From: Macrostomum hystrix
Taxonomy: Eukaryota > Animalia > Platyhelminthes
Length of the DNA stretch: 64,000 bases
NCBI GenBank assembly: GCA_950097015.1
Contig: CATNEN010000001.1
Location: 20,274,001 to 20,338,000, forward strand
Reading direction: 5' to 3'
Positions 33,749-47,140 of this stretch are shown one piece after another. The position numbers were made by a program, and so were the translations under genes. A model generated the notes under the pieces. That model did not search any database. It was not told the origin of the DNA and saw only the letters and a list, made by a program, of their open reading frames with translations. Each line of letters begins with the position of its first letter. Position 1 is the stretch's first letter.

Positions 33749-36700
33749 CCTCATCCTTCTCAGCCTCAATCTATCCCCCATCCTTCTCAGCCTCAATCTC
33801 TCCCTCATCCTTCTCAGCCTCAATCTCTCCCTCATCTTTCTCAGCCTCAATCTATCCCCCATCCTTCTCAGCCTCAATCTCTCAACCATCCTTCTCAGCC
33901 TCAATCTATCCCTCATCGTTCTCAGCCTCAATCTATTCCCAATCCTTCTCAGCCTCAATCTCTCCCCCATCCTTCTCAAACTCAATCTCTCCCCCCATCC
34001 TTCCCAGCCTCAATGATCTATCCCCCATCCTTCCCAGCCTCAATGATCTATCCCCCATCCTTCCCAGCCTCAATGATCTATCCCCCATCCTTCCCAGCCT
34101 CAATGATCTATCCCCCATCCTTCCCAGCCTCAATGATCTATCCCCCATCCTTCCCAGCCTCAATGATCTATCCCCCATCCTTCCCAGCCTCAATGATCTA
34201 TCCCCCATCCTTCCCAGCCTCAATCTACCCCCCATCCTTCCCAGCCTCAATCTATCCCCCATCCTTCCCAGCCTCAATGATCTATCCCCCATCCTTCTCA
34301 GCCTCAATCTATCCCCCATCCTTCTCAGCCTCAATCTCTCCCTCATCCTTCTCAGCCTCAATCTCTCCCCCATCCTTCTCAGCCTCAATCTCTCCCTCAT
34401 CCTTCTCAGCCTCAATCTATCCCCCATCCTTCTCAGCCTCAATCTCTCCCCATCCTTCTCAAACTCAATCTCTCCCCCATCCTTCCCAGCCTCAATCTAT
34501 CCCCCATCCTTCTCAGCCTCAATCTCTCCCTCATCCTTCTCAGCCTCAATCTATCCCCCATCCTTCTCAGCCTCAATCTCTCCCCATCCTTCTCAGCCTC
34601 AATCTCTCCCCCATCCTTCTCAGCCTCAATCTCTCCCCCATCCTTCTCAGCCTCAATCTCTCCCTCATCCTTCTCAGCCTCAATCTATCCCCCATCCTTC
34701 TCAGCCTCAATCTCTCCCCCATCCTTCCCAGCCTCAATCTATCCCCCATCCTTCCCAGCCTCAATCTCTCCCCCATCCTTCCCAGCCTCAATCTCTCCCC
34801 CATCCTTCTCAGCCTCAATCTATCCCCCCATCCTTCCCAGCCTCAATCTATCCCCCATCCTTCTCAGCCTCAATCTATCCCCCATCCTTCCCAGCCTCAA
34901 TCTATCCCCCATCCTTCTCAGCCTCAATCTCTCCCCCATCCTTCCCAGCCTCAATCTATCCCCCATCCTTCTCAGCCTCAATCTCTCCCTCATCCTTCTC
35001 AGCCTCAATCTATCCCCCATCCTTCTCAGCCTCAATCTCTCCCCATCCTTCTCAGCCTCAATCTCTCCCCCATCCTTCTCAGCCTCAATCTCTCCCCCAT
35101 CCTTCTCAGCCTCAATCTCTCCCTCATCCTTCTCAGCCTCAATCTATCCCCCATCCTTCTCAGCCTCAATCTCTCAACCATCCTTCTCAGCCTCAATCTC
35201 TCCCCATCCTTCTCAAACTCAATCTCTCCCCCATCCTTCCCAGCCTCAATCTATCCCCCATCCTTCTCAGCCTCAATCTCTCCCCATCCTTCTCAGCCTC
35301 AATCTCTCCCCCATCCTTCTCAGCCTCAATCTCTCCCTCATCCTTCTCAGCCTCAATCTATCCCCCATCCTTCTCAGCCTCAATCTCTCCCCATCCTTCT
35401 CAAACTTAATCTCTCCCCCATCCTTCTCAGCCTCAATCTCTCCCCCATCCTTCCCAGCCTCAATCTATCCCCCATCCTTCCCAGCCTCAATCTATCCCCC
35501 ATCCTTCCCAGCCTCAATCTCTCCCCCATCCTTCTCAGCCTCAATCTATCCCCCCATCCTTCCCAGCCTCAATCTATCCCCCATCCTTCTCAGCCTCAAT
35601 CTATCCCCCATCCTTCCCAGCCTCAATCTATCCCCCATCCTTCTCAGCCTCAATCTATCCCCCCATCCTTCCCAGCCTCAATCTATCCCCCATCCTTCCC
35701 AGCCTCAATCTATCCCCCATCCTTCCCAGCCTCAATCTCTCCCCCATCCTTCTCAGCCTCAATCTATCCCCCCATCCTTCTCAGCCTCAATCTATCCCCC
35801 ATCCTTCCCAGCCTCAATCTATCCCCCATCCTTCCCAGCCTCAATCTATCCCCCATCCTTCCCAGCCTCAATCTATCCCCCATCCTTCTCAGCCTCAATC
35901 TCTCCCCCATCCTTCTCAGCCTCAATCTATCCCCCCATCCTTCTCAGCCTCAATCTATTCCCAATCCTTCTTAGCCTCAATCTATCCCCCATCCTTCTCA
36001 AACTCAATCTATCCCCCCATCCTTCCCAGCCTCAATCTATCCCCCATCCTTCTCAGCCTCAATCTATCCCCCATCCTTCCCAGCCTCAATCTATCCCCCA
36101 TCCTTCTCAGCCTCAATCTATCCCCCATCCTTCTCAGCCTCAATCTCTCCCCATCCTTCTCAAACTCAATCTATCCCCCATCCTTCCCAGCCTCAATCTA
36201 TCCCCCATCCTTCCCAGCCTCAATCTATCCCCCATCCTTCCCAGCCTCAATCTATCCCCCATCCTTCCCAGCCTCAATCTCTCCCCCATCCTTCTCAGCC
36301 TCAATCTATCCCCCCATCCTTCTCAGCCTCAATCTATTCCCAATCCTTCTTAGCCTCAATCTCTCCCCCATCCTTCTCAAACTCAATCTATCCCCCATCC
36401 TTCTCAGCCTTAATCTCCTTCCCAATCCTTCTCAGCCTCAATCTATCCCCCATCCTTCTCAGCCTCAATCTATTCCCAATCCTACTCAAACTCAATCTCT
36501 CCCCCATCCTTCTCAGCCTCAATCTATTCCCAATCCTTCTCAGCCTCAATCTATTCCCAATCCTTCTCAGCCTCAATCTCTCCCCCATCCTTCTCAAACT
36601 CAATCTATCCCCCATCCTTCTCAAACTCAATCTATCCCCCATCCTTCTCAGCCTCAATCTCTCCCCATCCTTCTCAGCCTCAATCTCTCCCCCATCCTTC

Positions 36701-36940
36701 TCAGCCTCAATCTCTCCCCCATCCTTCTCAGCCTCAATCTCTCCCTCATCCTTCTCAGCCTCAATCTATCCCCCATCCTTCTCAGCCTCAATCTCTCCCC
36801 CATCCTTCCCAGCCTCAATCTATCCCCCATCCTTCCCAGCCTCAATCTATTCCCAATCCTTCTCAGCCTCAATCTATTCGCAATCCTTCTCAGCCTCAAT
36901 CTATTCCCAATCCTTCTCAGCCTCAATCTCCCCCCCATCC
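33749..36940. repeat. ~27-bp minisatellite (CCCCATCCTTCTCAGCCTCAATCTAT), about 3.2 kb
   Basis: Large pyrimidine-rich tandem array with 26-30-bp variants. Confidence 0.96.
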
Positions 36941-37199
36941 CTAGTTTATTAAAAATCAAATTGCTGTTATTCTCAAGTTATAACTAGTCTAAAATCGAGT
37001 GCCACGATTGTTTGTTATTGTTTGTTTATTATTTTAGTTCGATTCGGCATAAGGTTCTTTTATCATCAATCGCATTTGGTCAAAAACGGCCTAAAATTGG
37101 ATGCAACATTGGGGTACAAGTGGCCTATCAGAGTGCAGTTACATTGGTAAAAATTATGACGCGAATATAAGTTAAATTTATTTTAATAGACCTCCAACA

Positions 37200-37560
37200 G
37201 ACGCATCGTTAATGCAGCTGATTTCTGCTGGGCACTGCTATTCATCAGACGGGGACCAAAAATCAAGCAAGTCCCTCTGACTTTCGCAGTCATGTCCGCA
37301 AGTCGCGGTTCTTGACTACATGGTCGTATCTGCTGCACTGAGACAAATACTATAGGCAACTCGACACCAGAGATCTGCATCCTGGACTTTAAAGCCGCTG
37401 CATAGCAAGCTTTGCGAGTCGTGTTTTCAGAGACACGGTCTCAGTGCCTGTTGGACCTGCATTGCGGAGTTTGTCAATGGTTGGTTGTCAAACCCGGTTT
37501 AAAGAGTTCAGGAGGTAAGCGTCTTCGACCAGTCCCTTCGCACTAACAATGAGGTGGAGG
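37200..37560 (+). pseudogene. Decayed MULE (Mutator-like) transposase fragment
   Basis: Frame-shifted peptides FIRRGPKIKQVPLTFAVMS, DYMVV, ICILDFKAAA*QALRVVF and VFDQSLRTNNEVE resemble the MULE motifs KQVPL.F..MS...DY, LDFE.A.W.A...VFP and RTNN.VEGW. Confidence 0.6.
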
Positions 37561-38910
37561 TCCAATGGTGCAAATCCAGCGCCCAAAGGTAGAGTAAAAA
37601 AATTAAGGGTGAACACTCAATGCAGAGTCAAAGGCGTGCACAAATATGCTCTTACGCACACAGACAAAGAAAAGTCCGGGAGAGAAGGAACCAGCCCAGA
37701 GTGTACAGCATCTAACGAACCGTCTCCTTCCCCGAGTGGGCTAGATAACTGACCAATACAGACAAAACAATTAAGGGAGAAACCACCCGCAGAGAGCTGT
37801 CCGACCAAGTAAATCAACGCGCGCAGATGGGCAGGGAAACACTGCAAACGAATGACTGAGGGAATAGTGAGTTAAGATAAAGAAAACCTACTTAGCGAAT
37901 CACTTCAATTGGAATCAGTCGCTTCCAGCACATTCACGCACTGACGGTGGACGAAATGACTAGGGATCCTGCTTTCGCGTAAAGGGTGCATTAAAACAAG
38001 CAAAGATGTGCTTCATTTTTCGCGTCAATTCAATTAGAAAATTTACGGTAAATCGTCGACGTCGACGAGAAATTTCGCCTTCGACAGTTTCTTATAATAC
38101 TTTCTTTTTGTACCGTGTGTATTGCTACAACAACAATTTCTGACTGATGCTGACAGGTGTATAATGGCTTCTAAGTCATAGGACTGCCAGTAGACCAAAG
38201 TCAACAGCTTTGATGTTGTTGACCAACTGACTCTAAGTTACATAGTTGTAATTTGGAATAGGCACTCAAACTCAAATAGGAAAGGCAAAAGACCAGGTAT
38301 CTAAGGAAAAATAAAATAATTAGTTTATTTGCTCTGTTGATGCAATAAACAGGCAAATAATTAACACCGAGGCTGATTAGGATCATTTAATAAGTTATTT
38401 TTTTAAATTAGAAACTGTAGCCACTTTTATAAAACTTAAAGATAAGCCAGAATTGTTTTACTATTTACTATACTGTATGCACTTCACAATTATGATTTTT
38501 TATAAATGCAAATATTATATTTCAGTATATTATTGTTTTAAAACTTTATTCAAGTTTTGTTCAAATGTGCTCTGGTTAAAATGTACAGCATGCTGCATGT
38601 CTAGTTTAATAGTTTAATACTCCAATGGGAGTGCAGGAAGTTGTAGCTTAATTAATAAAAAACAACAGTAAATTAGAATAGCTATAGTCATAGTAAAATA
38701 TAGATAAGAAGCAAAAACAAAAATGTATATGATAATATGTTGAGTAAATTAATAATAAGATAAAGATGCAAACCACTGGCCTCACAGTGGCCCAAAAAGA
38801 CAAGAAACATCAAAATGCATGTTTAAGGGCTAGTTCATGGACATGCTTCACTCTATCAGCCTGGCATGGCTCAGGGTACGCAAGTCAGAGAAAAGTAGGT
38901 CAATGTAATA

Positions 38911-39290
38911 ATATAATTAATTGATTACACCTGCCCCAATTGGGTCAGATGTGCAGCTGACAGCACAGCCGCAGCTAATGCGCGGCGCATCTGAAGGCTG
39001 TGTACAGCTGTTCAGTCCATGGACTGGGGGGACGCCACACCCACCTTCAATTATCCTAGCTGATGCTGGTACCCATTTAACAGCTGGGTGAACTGAAGCA
39101 ATGCAGAGTTAAGTGTCTTGCTAAAGGACACAAATTGTTCAGGGGAGTCGGGAATCGAACCCCCGACCTTCAAGTCGTGAGTCCGATGCCCTAACCACTA
39201 GGCTACAACCTCTAACCACTAGGCTACAACCTCTAACCACTAGGCTACAACCTCTCACTAGGCTAAAACCTCTCACTAGGCTACAACCTC
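38911..39290 (-). mobile_element. SINE family B (CORE-like), full length, with reiterated 5' end
   Basis: CORE-like TTGTGTCCTTTAGCAAGACACTTAACTCT..GCTTCAGTTCACCCAGCTGTTAAATGGG resembles the MIR/CORE consensus. About five tandem copies of the 5' head. 15-bp TSD TAGGTCAATGTAATA at 38896-38910 and 39436-39450. Confidence 0.85.
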
Positions 39291-39298
39291 TACGGTCC

Positions 39299-39435
39299 CA
39301 TCTACACAAAGCCGATTGTTGGCAGCTGCTGCCACTGACAGTGGCTCCTGTCCACAATTGATCCACAAATGTAGCCATGATGACAGCTCTAGGAACCCGC
39401 TAGTCACTGGGCCTGACTGTGAAATCAGGTCTAAA
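39299..39435 (+). repeat. Near-identical ~135-bp copy of haspin exon 1 segment (about 41035-41172)
   Basis: CATCTAC..AAGCCGATTGTTGGC.GCTGCTGCCACTGACAGTGG...GAAATCAGGTCTAAA occurs at both loci with only a few substitutions. Confidence 0.92.
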
Positions 39436-40848
39436 TAGGTCAATGTAATAGGCCAATTGTCTTGATCTACACCTGCATGGTCCCTTCAAAGTTCATAGAA
39501 GCATATCCTGCTTCAGGGCTCAGTTCAGTAGGCTTCAGCCCTGATCACATGTGCCATAGCAGCATACATGCGCAACCTCCCAAATCTTAGCTGGCCATGC
39601 GACTTAGTTTTTGCTCTATTTATGACTTAGTTTGCTCTCATTTGCTCTCTTTTTCTCTCCCCTTTTTCCTTCTCTTCACGCCTTCCTTTTTTGTCCCTTG
39701 GTCCCCCCTTTGATTTTTTTGCATTTGGTTGATTGGTTTTTGCAACTTACCTTGCTTGGCCCTTGTTTCACTGGGTGTTGCGTATGTATGCATAGCAGGT
39801 GCCGCTGTTTTAGCAGCTTAGAAGGCTGCATCAGTTTCACTCACTTGTACAGGGAGTTGGTTGTCTCACTGCCTAGGCTGTTTTAGGCACCTAATTGCTA
39901 CTGAATTCAGTAGCAATATGCTTACAAAAGATTTTTGCTTTCAGCAAAAAAAATGTAGAGCTTGATTAGCCATAAATTAGCCATATAAGGTTCCAAATAA
40001 ATGAAAAAAACTTTTGTTGCTAGCCAGGCCCTGACAGTGAAAGCCATTTAAAGGGAGGTAAATAAAAAATAAACATTTCAATCAATGCAAATTAGAGTAA
40101 AGAAAGAGGGAGAGGGAGAGGGCAATGTACTTTGTTTGATACACAATAGATGAAAAAACATTTAGTACATTGGTATCCACAGCAATCAGGAAAGAAAAAA
40201 GTGAAAAATGTTCTGCTTTCCTATATTATTGCTTCTGTCCAAATCTTGGCCAACAATCTAGTGGAATAGTCATCACAGTCCTTGCCTTAAATGGGACATG
40301 TGCTTACTAATTAAAAAATATTGATAAGCCTTACATTGATATGGATATACTTTTTTTACCTTGGTCATAGTTAACAGTTTAAAAAAGCTTGCTTTTATTG
40401 TGAAAAAAACTTTTTATCAGTTTTTTTTTCATTATTGTTATGTCCTCCTTAGTAGCACCGAAGAAAGCCGTAAGATAGTGTTTGAGCGTTGGCGGGCTTA
40501 TGCCACTCATTAGCGTAGCCGCTCCCAAAAAACACTTTTAGACTTTTTTGGCTCCCAAAAAAGCCGTCTTAAGCATTCAATACTGTAACAGTATCTAGGG
40601 TTTCAACCCTAGACCCTTTTAGAAGCAGCAAGCAAACTAAATCTGTGTCACGTCACTACAATTATACCTTAACAAATTGTATACTCATCATATTTGTGCC
40701 CAAATAGGCTATAATCTATTTTTCTTCAACTTATTTTTTGTTTATTTACACAGGTATCATTATAGAGTGAAATAAATAATGTGTTGCTTTTGCCAATTGT
40801 TTCATGTGTTTCAGATAAAGCTAGAAAACCCATAGTTGAAGCTTTGGA

Positions 40849-43800
40849 ATGGTTCGACAAAAGAGAAAGCAGCAACAGCAGCAGAACAAAAAGCAGTCCA
40901 CAAAGATAGTTGCTCGCAATCGTAGTGCTGAAGATGACAGTCTGTTTGCCGACCCAGAGCTGAAATGTGGTCCCGGCTTGAAGAAGCAGTCAAAGGTGGA
41001 CAGAATGTCCTCATCGTCACTTGATTTATGTGGTTCATCTACGCGAAGCCGATTGTTGGCGGCTGCTGCCACTGACAGTGGCTCCTGTCCACAATTGATC
41101 CACAAATGTAGCCATGATGACAGCTCTAGGAACCCGCTAGTCACTAGGCCTGACTGTGAAATCAGGTCTAAACAGCCGCCGAAGCAGAAGAAAAAGCTAG
41201 CAGAACCAGAGCCGGCCAATTACAAAATTCTCGACTTCAGCTCCATTGAAAAGTATTCTCTGCTAGTTGAATCGGTTCAAGCCGAGTCGCAGTCGCCTGT
41301 GCCAGATGTGGCGTCGGCTGCGTCTTCAGCGACAGTCGCTCAGAAAACAGTCTTTAGACCAACTCTGCATTTTAGTACTCCTTTGCAACAGTTGCAGCGA
41401 GAGCAGCGGCGGAGACTTAATCAAGAGGCTGATGCCCACGATAGCACTAGAAGTAGTATTAGGCGCAAATCATTGCTACATCAACAGCCGGTACTGTCAG
41501 TGTCAGCAGTGTCCAATGTTGAAGTCGCTTCTCCGGCGCCTGTTGTGGCATTTCGCGATCATGTCTCGCGTGCCTTTAGCGACCCGGTTAGGAAAACTTC
41601 GGCGGGCAGCTTCTATGCCAGGGCTAAGAAGCGAGCCAGCAGTCGGCGATGTGTTGAATTGGATTTCCAGCGGCGAGACAGCGCGTCATCGTCTGATATT
41701 GACGCCGACAGTCGCGACGATGAAGCCGAAGACGAGGCCCTGTTGTCGTTGTCCGCGATGCCGTTGGCGTCGAATGCTGACGCCAGCTCGTCGGCGGAGA
41801 CCTCGCTGAATGCGACCTACTGGAGCCTATACTGGGCTGGTCAGCACAAGGACTGCGTGCTTCGCATCTGCAACCAGACCGGGCCCCTGGCCTGGCGACA
41901 GTTCCTGCCGGAGCAGGGCGCCGCAGATACTGCCGGCGATAGCGAGGCTGTCAAAAAATTGGGCGAGGGCGTGTTCGGCGAGGTCTATTCGGTTATTGGC
42001 GAGGACGGGTCCAACAGGCTGGCTGTTAAAGTGCTGCCGATTGCCGGCAGGCGAAAGGTCAACGACGAGCCGCAAAAAAGTTTCGCTGAGGTTGGCAATT
42101 CAGAAGTCTACCTTTTTCTGGGATTAACATAGACATGAGGTTAACATTAGAAACCTATAATAGGACTTTGGATTAGAATGAATTGACGCAGCTTCAGGTT
42201 TGGATAATGAGTCAAACTTCAGGTTAGGATTGTGAATAAAACTTCAGGTTGGGATTGTAAATCAAACTTCAGGTTGGGATTGTAAATCAAACTTCAGGTT
42301 GGGATTGTAAATCAAACTTCAGGTTGGGATTGTAAATCAAACTTCAAATTAAGATTATAAATCAAACTTCAGGTTAGGATTGTGAATAAAACTTCAGGTT
42401 GGGATTGTAAATCAAACTTCAGGTTGGGATTGTAAATCAAACTTCAGGTTGGGATTGTAAATCAAACTTCAGGTTGGGATTGTAAATCAAACTTCAGGTT
42501 GGGATTGTAAATCAAACTTCAGGTTAAGATTGTAAATCAAACTTCAGGTTGGGATTGCAAATCAAACTTCAGGTTGGGATTGTAAATCAAACTTCAGGTT
42601 GGGATTGAGAATCGAACTTCAGGTTGGGATTGTGAATCAAAGTTCAGGTTGGGATTGCAAATCAAACTTCAGGTTGGGATTGAGAATCAAACTTCAGGTT
42701 GGGATTGTGAGTCCAATTTCAAGTTGGGGGCCAACCAATTTGATTTCCAGGTGCTTCCCGAGTTGTTGATCGCCCGCAAGCTGACGGCCCTGTCACGTCG
42801 CTACCGCGCCAACCGCACGCCCGGCTTCGTTCAGCTTCTGTCAGCCAGCGTTCATCGCGGCCGCCTGCATCCGCGCCTCGCCGATGCCTGGCGCCGCTTC
42901 GCCGCTGCGGGCGTCACAGAGAACGACTGCCCTGCCGACCTGCCAGCCAGTCAGCTCTGGCTGGCGATGCGGCTGGCCTTCGCTGGCGGGCCGCTCGAGA
43001 CCTACTCGCTGAGTGATGGCGGGCCCGCCCAGGCTTTGTCCATCGCTGCCCAGGTAGCCGCTTCGCTGGCCGCGGCTGAGTCTGAGCTGCAGTTTGAGCA
43101 CCGGGACCTGCATTGGGGAAATGTGCTGGTGAGTGCGAGCCACAGGTCAATGCCAACATCCTCTCAGATCCTCATGTCATATCCAAATCCCTCCCAGATC
43201 CTCAGATTATATCCAAATCCCTCCCAGATCCTCAGATTATATCCAAATCCCTCCCAGATCCTCAGATTATATCCAAATCCCTCCCAGATCCTCAGATTAT
43301 ATCCAAATCCCTCCCAGATCCTCAGATTATATCCAAATCCCTCCCAGATCCTCAGATTATATCCAAATCCCTCCCAGATCCTCAGGTCATATCCAAATCC
43401 CTCCCAGATCCTCAGATCACACCCAAATCCCAAACTTCTCTTAGATGTTATTGAATATCGTCCAATATTCAATATTCAAATCAACCCCTCAGCACTGAGT
43501 CTTATACTCATTTTCAACCGCAGATTCAAGCAGCGAACAGTCCATCCATAGCCTACCTAGTTGCCGGTCAACCAGTTACCATAGCAACCAACGGCGCCGC
43601 AGCCACCGTTATTGACTTCACAATCAGCCGATTGAGTCCCAGATCGGGCTGCGTGATGTACACGGATCTGAGCGAGGACAAAGACCTGTTCGCTGGTCAG
43701 GGGGACTATCAGTTTGAAATTTATCGCCTAATGCGTACTGCCTGCTCCGACCAATGGCGTCAATTCGCTCCCAGGACTAACATTCTGTGGCTGCACTATC

Positions 43801-43970
43801 TGGCTGTGAAACTGCTTGATAAACTCAAGCCAGACTTTGCCGCTAAACAGCTGTCTGAAGTCCAACAGCTGGTTGACCATGTACTCACATTCAAAAGCTG
43901 TCAGGAGCTTGTCATCTGCTCCGACGTCAGCACCAAGGACCTCTTCGCCTCAGTGAAGTGCAGTCAATAG
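40849..43970 (+). CDS. HASPIN: Haspin-family Ser/Thr kinase (histone H3T3 kinase), 3 coding exons
   Basis: Exons 40849-42090, 42751-43128, 43524-43970. A long basic, low-complexity N-terminus precedes KLGEGVFGEVY, AVKVLPI..KVNDEPQKSFAEVLPELLI, ELQFEHRDLHWGNVL, VIDFTISRL, LFAGQGDYQFEIYRLMR and PRTNILWLHYL, which are diagnostic haspin motifs. Confidence 0.93.
42190..42725. repeat. 25-bp intronic minisatellite (AAACTTCAGGTTGGGATTGTAAATC)
   Basis: Haspin intron 1. Confidence 0.93.
43158..43432. repeat. 30-bp intronic minisatellite (ATCCAAATCCCTCCCAGATCCTCAGATTAT)
   Basis: Haspin intron 2. Confidence 0.93.
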
Positions 43971-44103
43971 TAGTCAAGCTCTGAGCTCTGTGGATTATCT
44001 TTAACAAATCTCAGCTCTCTTTTAGAAATAGCTAGTGATGCATTTATGTTTTTCATTTAGTTGCTTTCCTGTTTGCTTTTGGGTCTGCTTTTACAATTTG
44101 CCT

Positions 44104-45870
44104 TATCTCATACTGTCTCTCCATCTATCTCATACTGTCTCTCTCTATCTCATACTGTCTCTCTCTATCTCATACTGTCTCTCCATCTATCTCATACTCT
44201 CTCTCCATCTATCTCATACTGTCTCTCCATCTATCTCATACTGTCTCTCCATCTATCTCATACTGTCTCTCCATCTATCTCATACTCTCTCTCCATCTAT
44301 CTCATACTGTCTCTCCATCTATCTCATACTGTCTCTCCATCTATCTCATACTGTCTCTCCATCTATCTCATACTCTCTCTCCATCTATCTCATACTGTCT
44401 CTCTCTATCTCATACTGTCTCTCTCTATCTCATACTGTCTCTCTCTATCTCATACTGTCTATCTCTATCTTTTTCATACTGTCTCTCTCTCTATCTCATA
44501 CTGTCTCTCTCTATCTCATACTGTCTCTCTCTATCTCATACTGTCTCTCTCTATCTCATACTGTCTCTTTCTATCTTTTTCATACTGTCTCTCTCTCTAT
44601 CTCATACTGTCTCTCTCTATCTCATACTGTCTCTATCCATCTCATACTGTCTCTCTCTATCTCATACTGTCTCTCTCTATCTCATACTGTCTCTCCATCT
44701 ATCTCATACTGTCTCTCCATCTATCTCATACTGTCTCTCCATCTATCTCATACTGTCTCTCCATCTATCTCATACTGTCTCTCTCTATCTCATACTGTCT
44801 CTCTATCTATCTCATTCTGTCTCTCTCTATCTCATACTGTCTCTATCCATCTCATACAGTCTCTCTCTATCTCATACTGTCTCTATATCTCATACTGTCT
44901 CTATATCTCATACTGTCTCTATATCTCATACTGTCTCTATATCTCATACTGTCTCTCTCTGTCTCATACTGTCTCTCTCTGTCTCATACTGTCTCTCTCT
45001 AGATCTCATACAGTCTCTATATCTCATACTGTCTCTCCATCTCATACTGTCTCTCTATCTATCTCATACTCTCTCTCCATCTATCTCATACTGTCTCTCT
45101 ATCTATCTCACACTGTCTCTCCATCTATCTCATACTGTCTCTCTATCTATCTCATACTGTCTCTCCATCTATCTCATACTGTCTCTCTCTATCTCATACT
45201 GTCTCTCTCTATCTCATACTGTCTCTCTCTGTCTCATACTGTCTCTCTCTAGATCTCATACAGTCTCTATATCTCATACAGTCTCTATATCTCATACAGT
45301 CTCTATATCTCATACTGTCTCTATATCTCATACTGTCTCTATATCTCATACTGTCTCTATATCTCATACTGTCTCTATATCTCATACTGTCTCTATATCT
45401 CATACTGTCTCTATATCTCATACTGTCTCTCTCTGTCTCATACTGTCTCTCTCTAGATCTCATACTGTCTCTCTCTAGATCTCATACAGTCTCTATATCT
45501 CATACTGTCTCTCTATCTCATACTGTCTCTCTATCTATCTCATACTGTCTCTCCATCTCATACTGTCTCTCTATCTATCTCATTCTGTCTCTCTCTATCT
45601 TTTTCATACTGTCTCTCTATCTATCGCATACTGTCTCTCTCTCTATCTCATACTGTCTCTCTCTCTATCTCATTCTGTCTCTCTTAATCTCATACTGTCT
45701 CTCTCTATCTTTTTCATACTGTCTCTCTCTCTATCTCATACTGTCTCTCTCTCTATCTCATACTGTCTCTCTCTCTATCTCATTCTGTCTCTCTTAATCT
45801 CATACTGTCTCTCTCTATCTTTTTCATACTGTCTCTCTCTCTATCTCATACTGTCTCTCTATCTTTCTCA
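44104..45870. repeat. 18-24-bp minisatellite (CTATCTCATACTGTCTCT..)
   Basis: Tandem array downstream of haspin. Confidence 0.95.
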
Positions 45871-47140
45871 AACTTTATTCATCGTCTCACATTAGTTTAT
45901 TGTTTTGTGCAGGCGTGTACATTTGCAGCTGAAATTTGTATTTATTTTCTATATAGGTTTTAAATCCTTTCATGCAGCCAATTAAATTGCATTGCATTCT
46001 TGCGAATGCATGTCTTTAGCTCCTATTTTTTAAGTGACAACTTTAATTTTTCAGTATGATTTAGCTAAATAAATGTATTTTATTAGCATTTAGGATTCAT
46101 AATTTAATTTTTTTAAATTAGTTTTACAATGAGCAAATTAGAATAAACAAACAGTGACTTAGATTTTGCAATCTAATAAACTTTAATTGTATTCCAATAA
46201 AAAAGGAGGACAGTCTAAACAATTATTGTCAAATAAATCCACAGAAATTAAAAGCAAAATATCGATTTTTCGTTTTTTTTAAATATTTTTTTACTACTTA
46301 AAAAAAGTAGTGCTGATTGGACATGCAATCAGCGATTCGCTCAAAATATGGGAATTTTAAACAAAAACGCGATGTTTTTTAACTGGCAAGTTCTGTGCAT
46401 CTAATATCTGGGTGTAATTTTTTAAAGCAAAATCTGAAACCAATATTTCCGAACACAGATCACAAGCTAAGCATTCGTTGACAAATAACAGATTGATAAA
46501 AGAACAGGTTCATGAGGTAACACAAACGTTTGCTATTTTAAGGTGTGCTTCAAACTAACCTTTTTGAGCTTCCAAAAACTGTAAACTCTCTTGAGCTTTT
46601 TAACTTCCGTTACTTTTTTACTTCCGTTAACTCAAATAGCTTGTTCTTTAGTTTTAAGAATTTTAGTATAGGGATTAGAGAGACAATTAAAAACACAAGC
46701 CTTTTAGAAAGGGTGAAAATTTGTGTCAGAACAATAGTAGTTTCGCTTCTGACGTTAACGGACTTCAATTGGCGTTAACTGACTCAGTTAGCTGACTTCC
46801 GTTATTTACATATTCACTACGTTAACAACTTTACCACTCTGTTAAGTGCTATACCTGTTCCACCTCCGTTAAATTATGTTCAGACACCTCCGATAACTAC
46901 AGTTCCACCTCAGTAAACTACTGTTCCACCACAGTTAACTTTAGTTAACCACAGTTCCTCCTCCATTAACTACAGTTCTGACACCTCCGTTAACTACAGT
47001 TACACCTACAGTTCCACCTGTAGTTAACTGAACTGTTCGTAAATTACCGTTTCACCTCTGTTAATACGTTGAAGCTTGCGATATTTTGGAGCAACCAGGT
47101 TGCCATGGTAAATAAACCGTTGCTATGCACAGTGTCCGTT

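Noticed and set aside
33701-36959. Long 555-653 aa repetitive ORFs
   Set aside because: Stop-free reading of a 27-bp minisatellite; the same applies to ORFs at 1775-2448, 44035-45463, 50253-54567 and 61292-62021.
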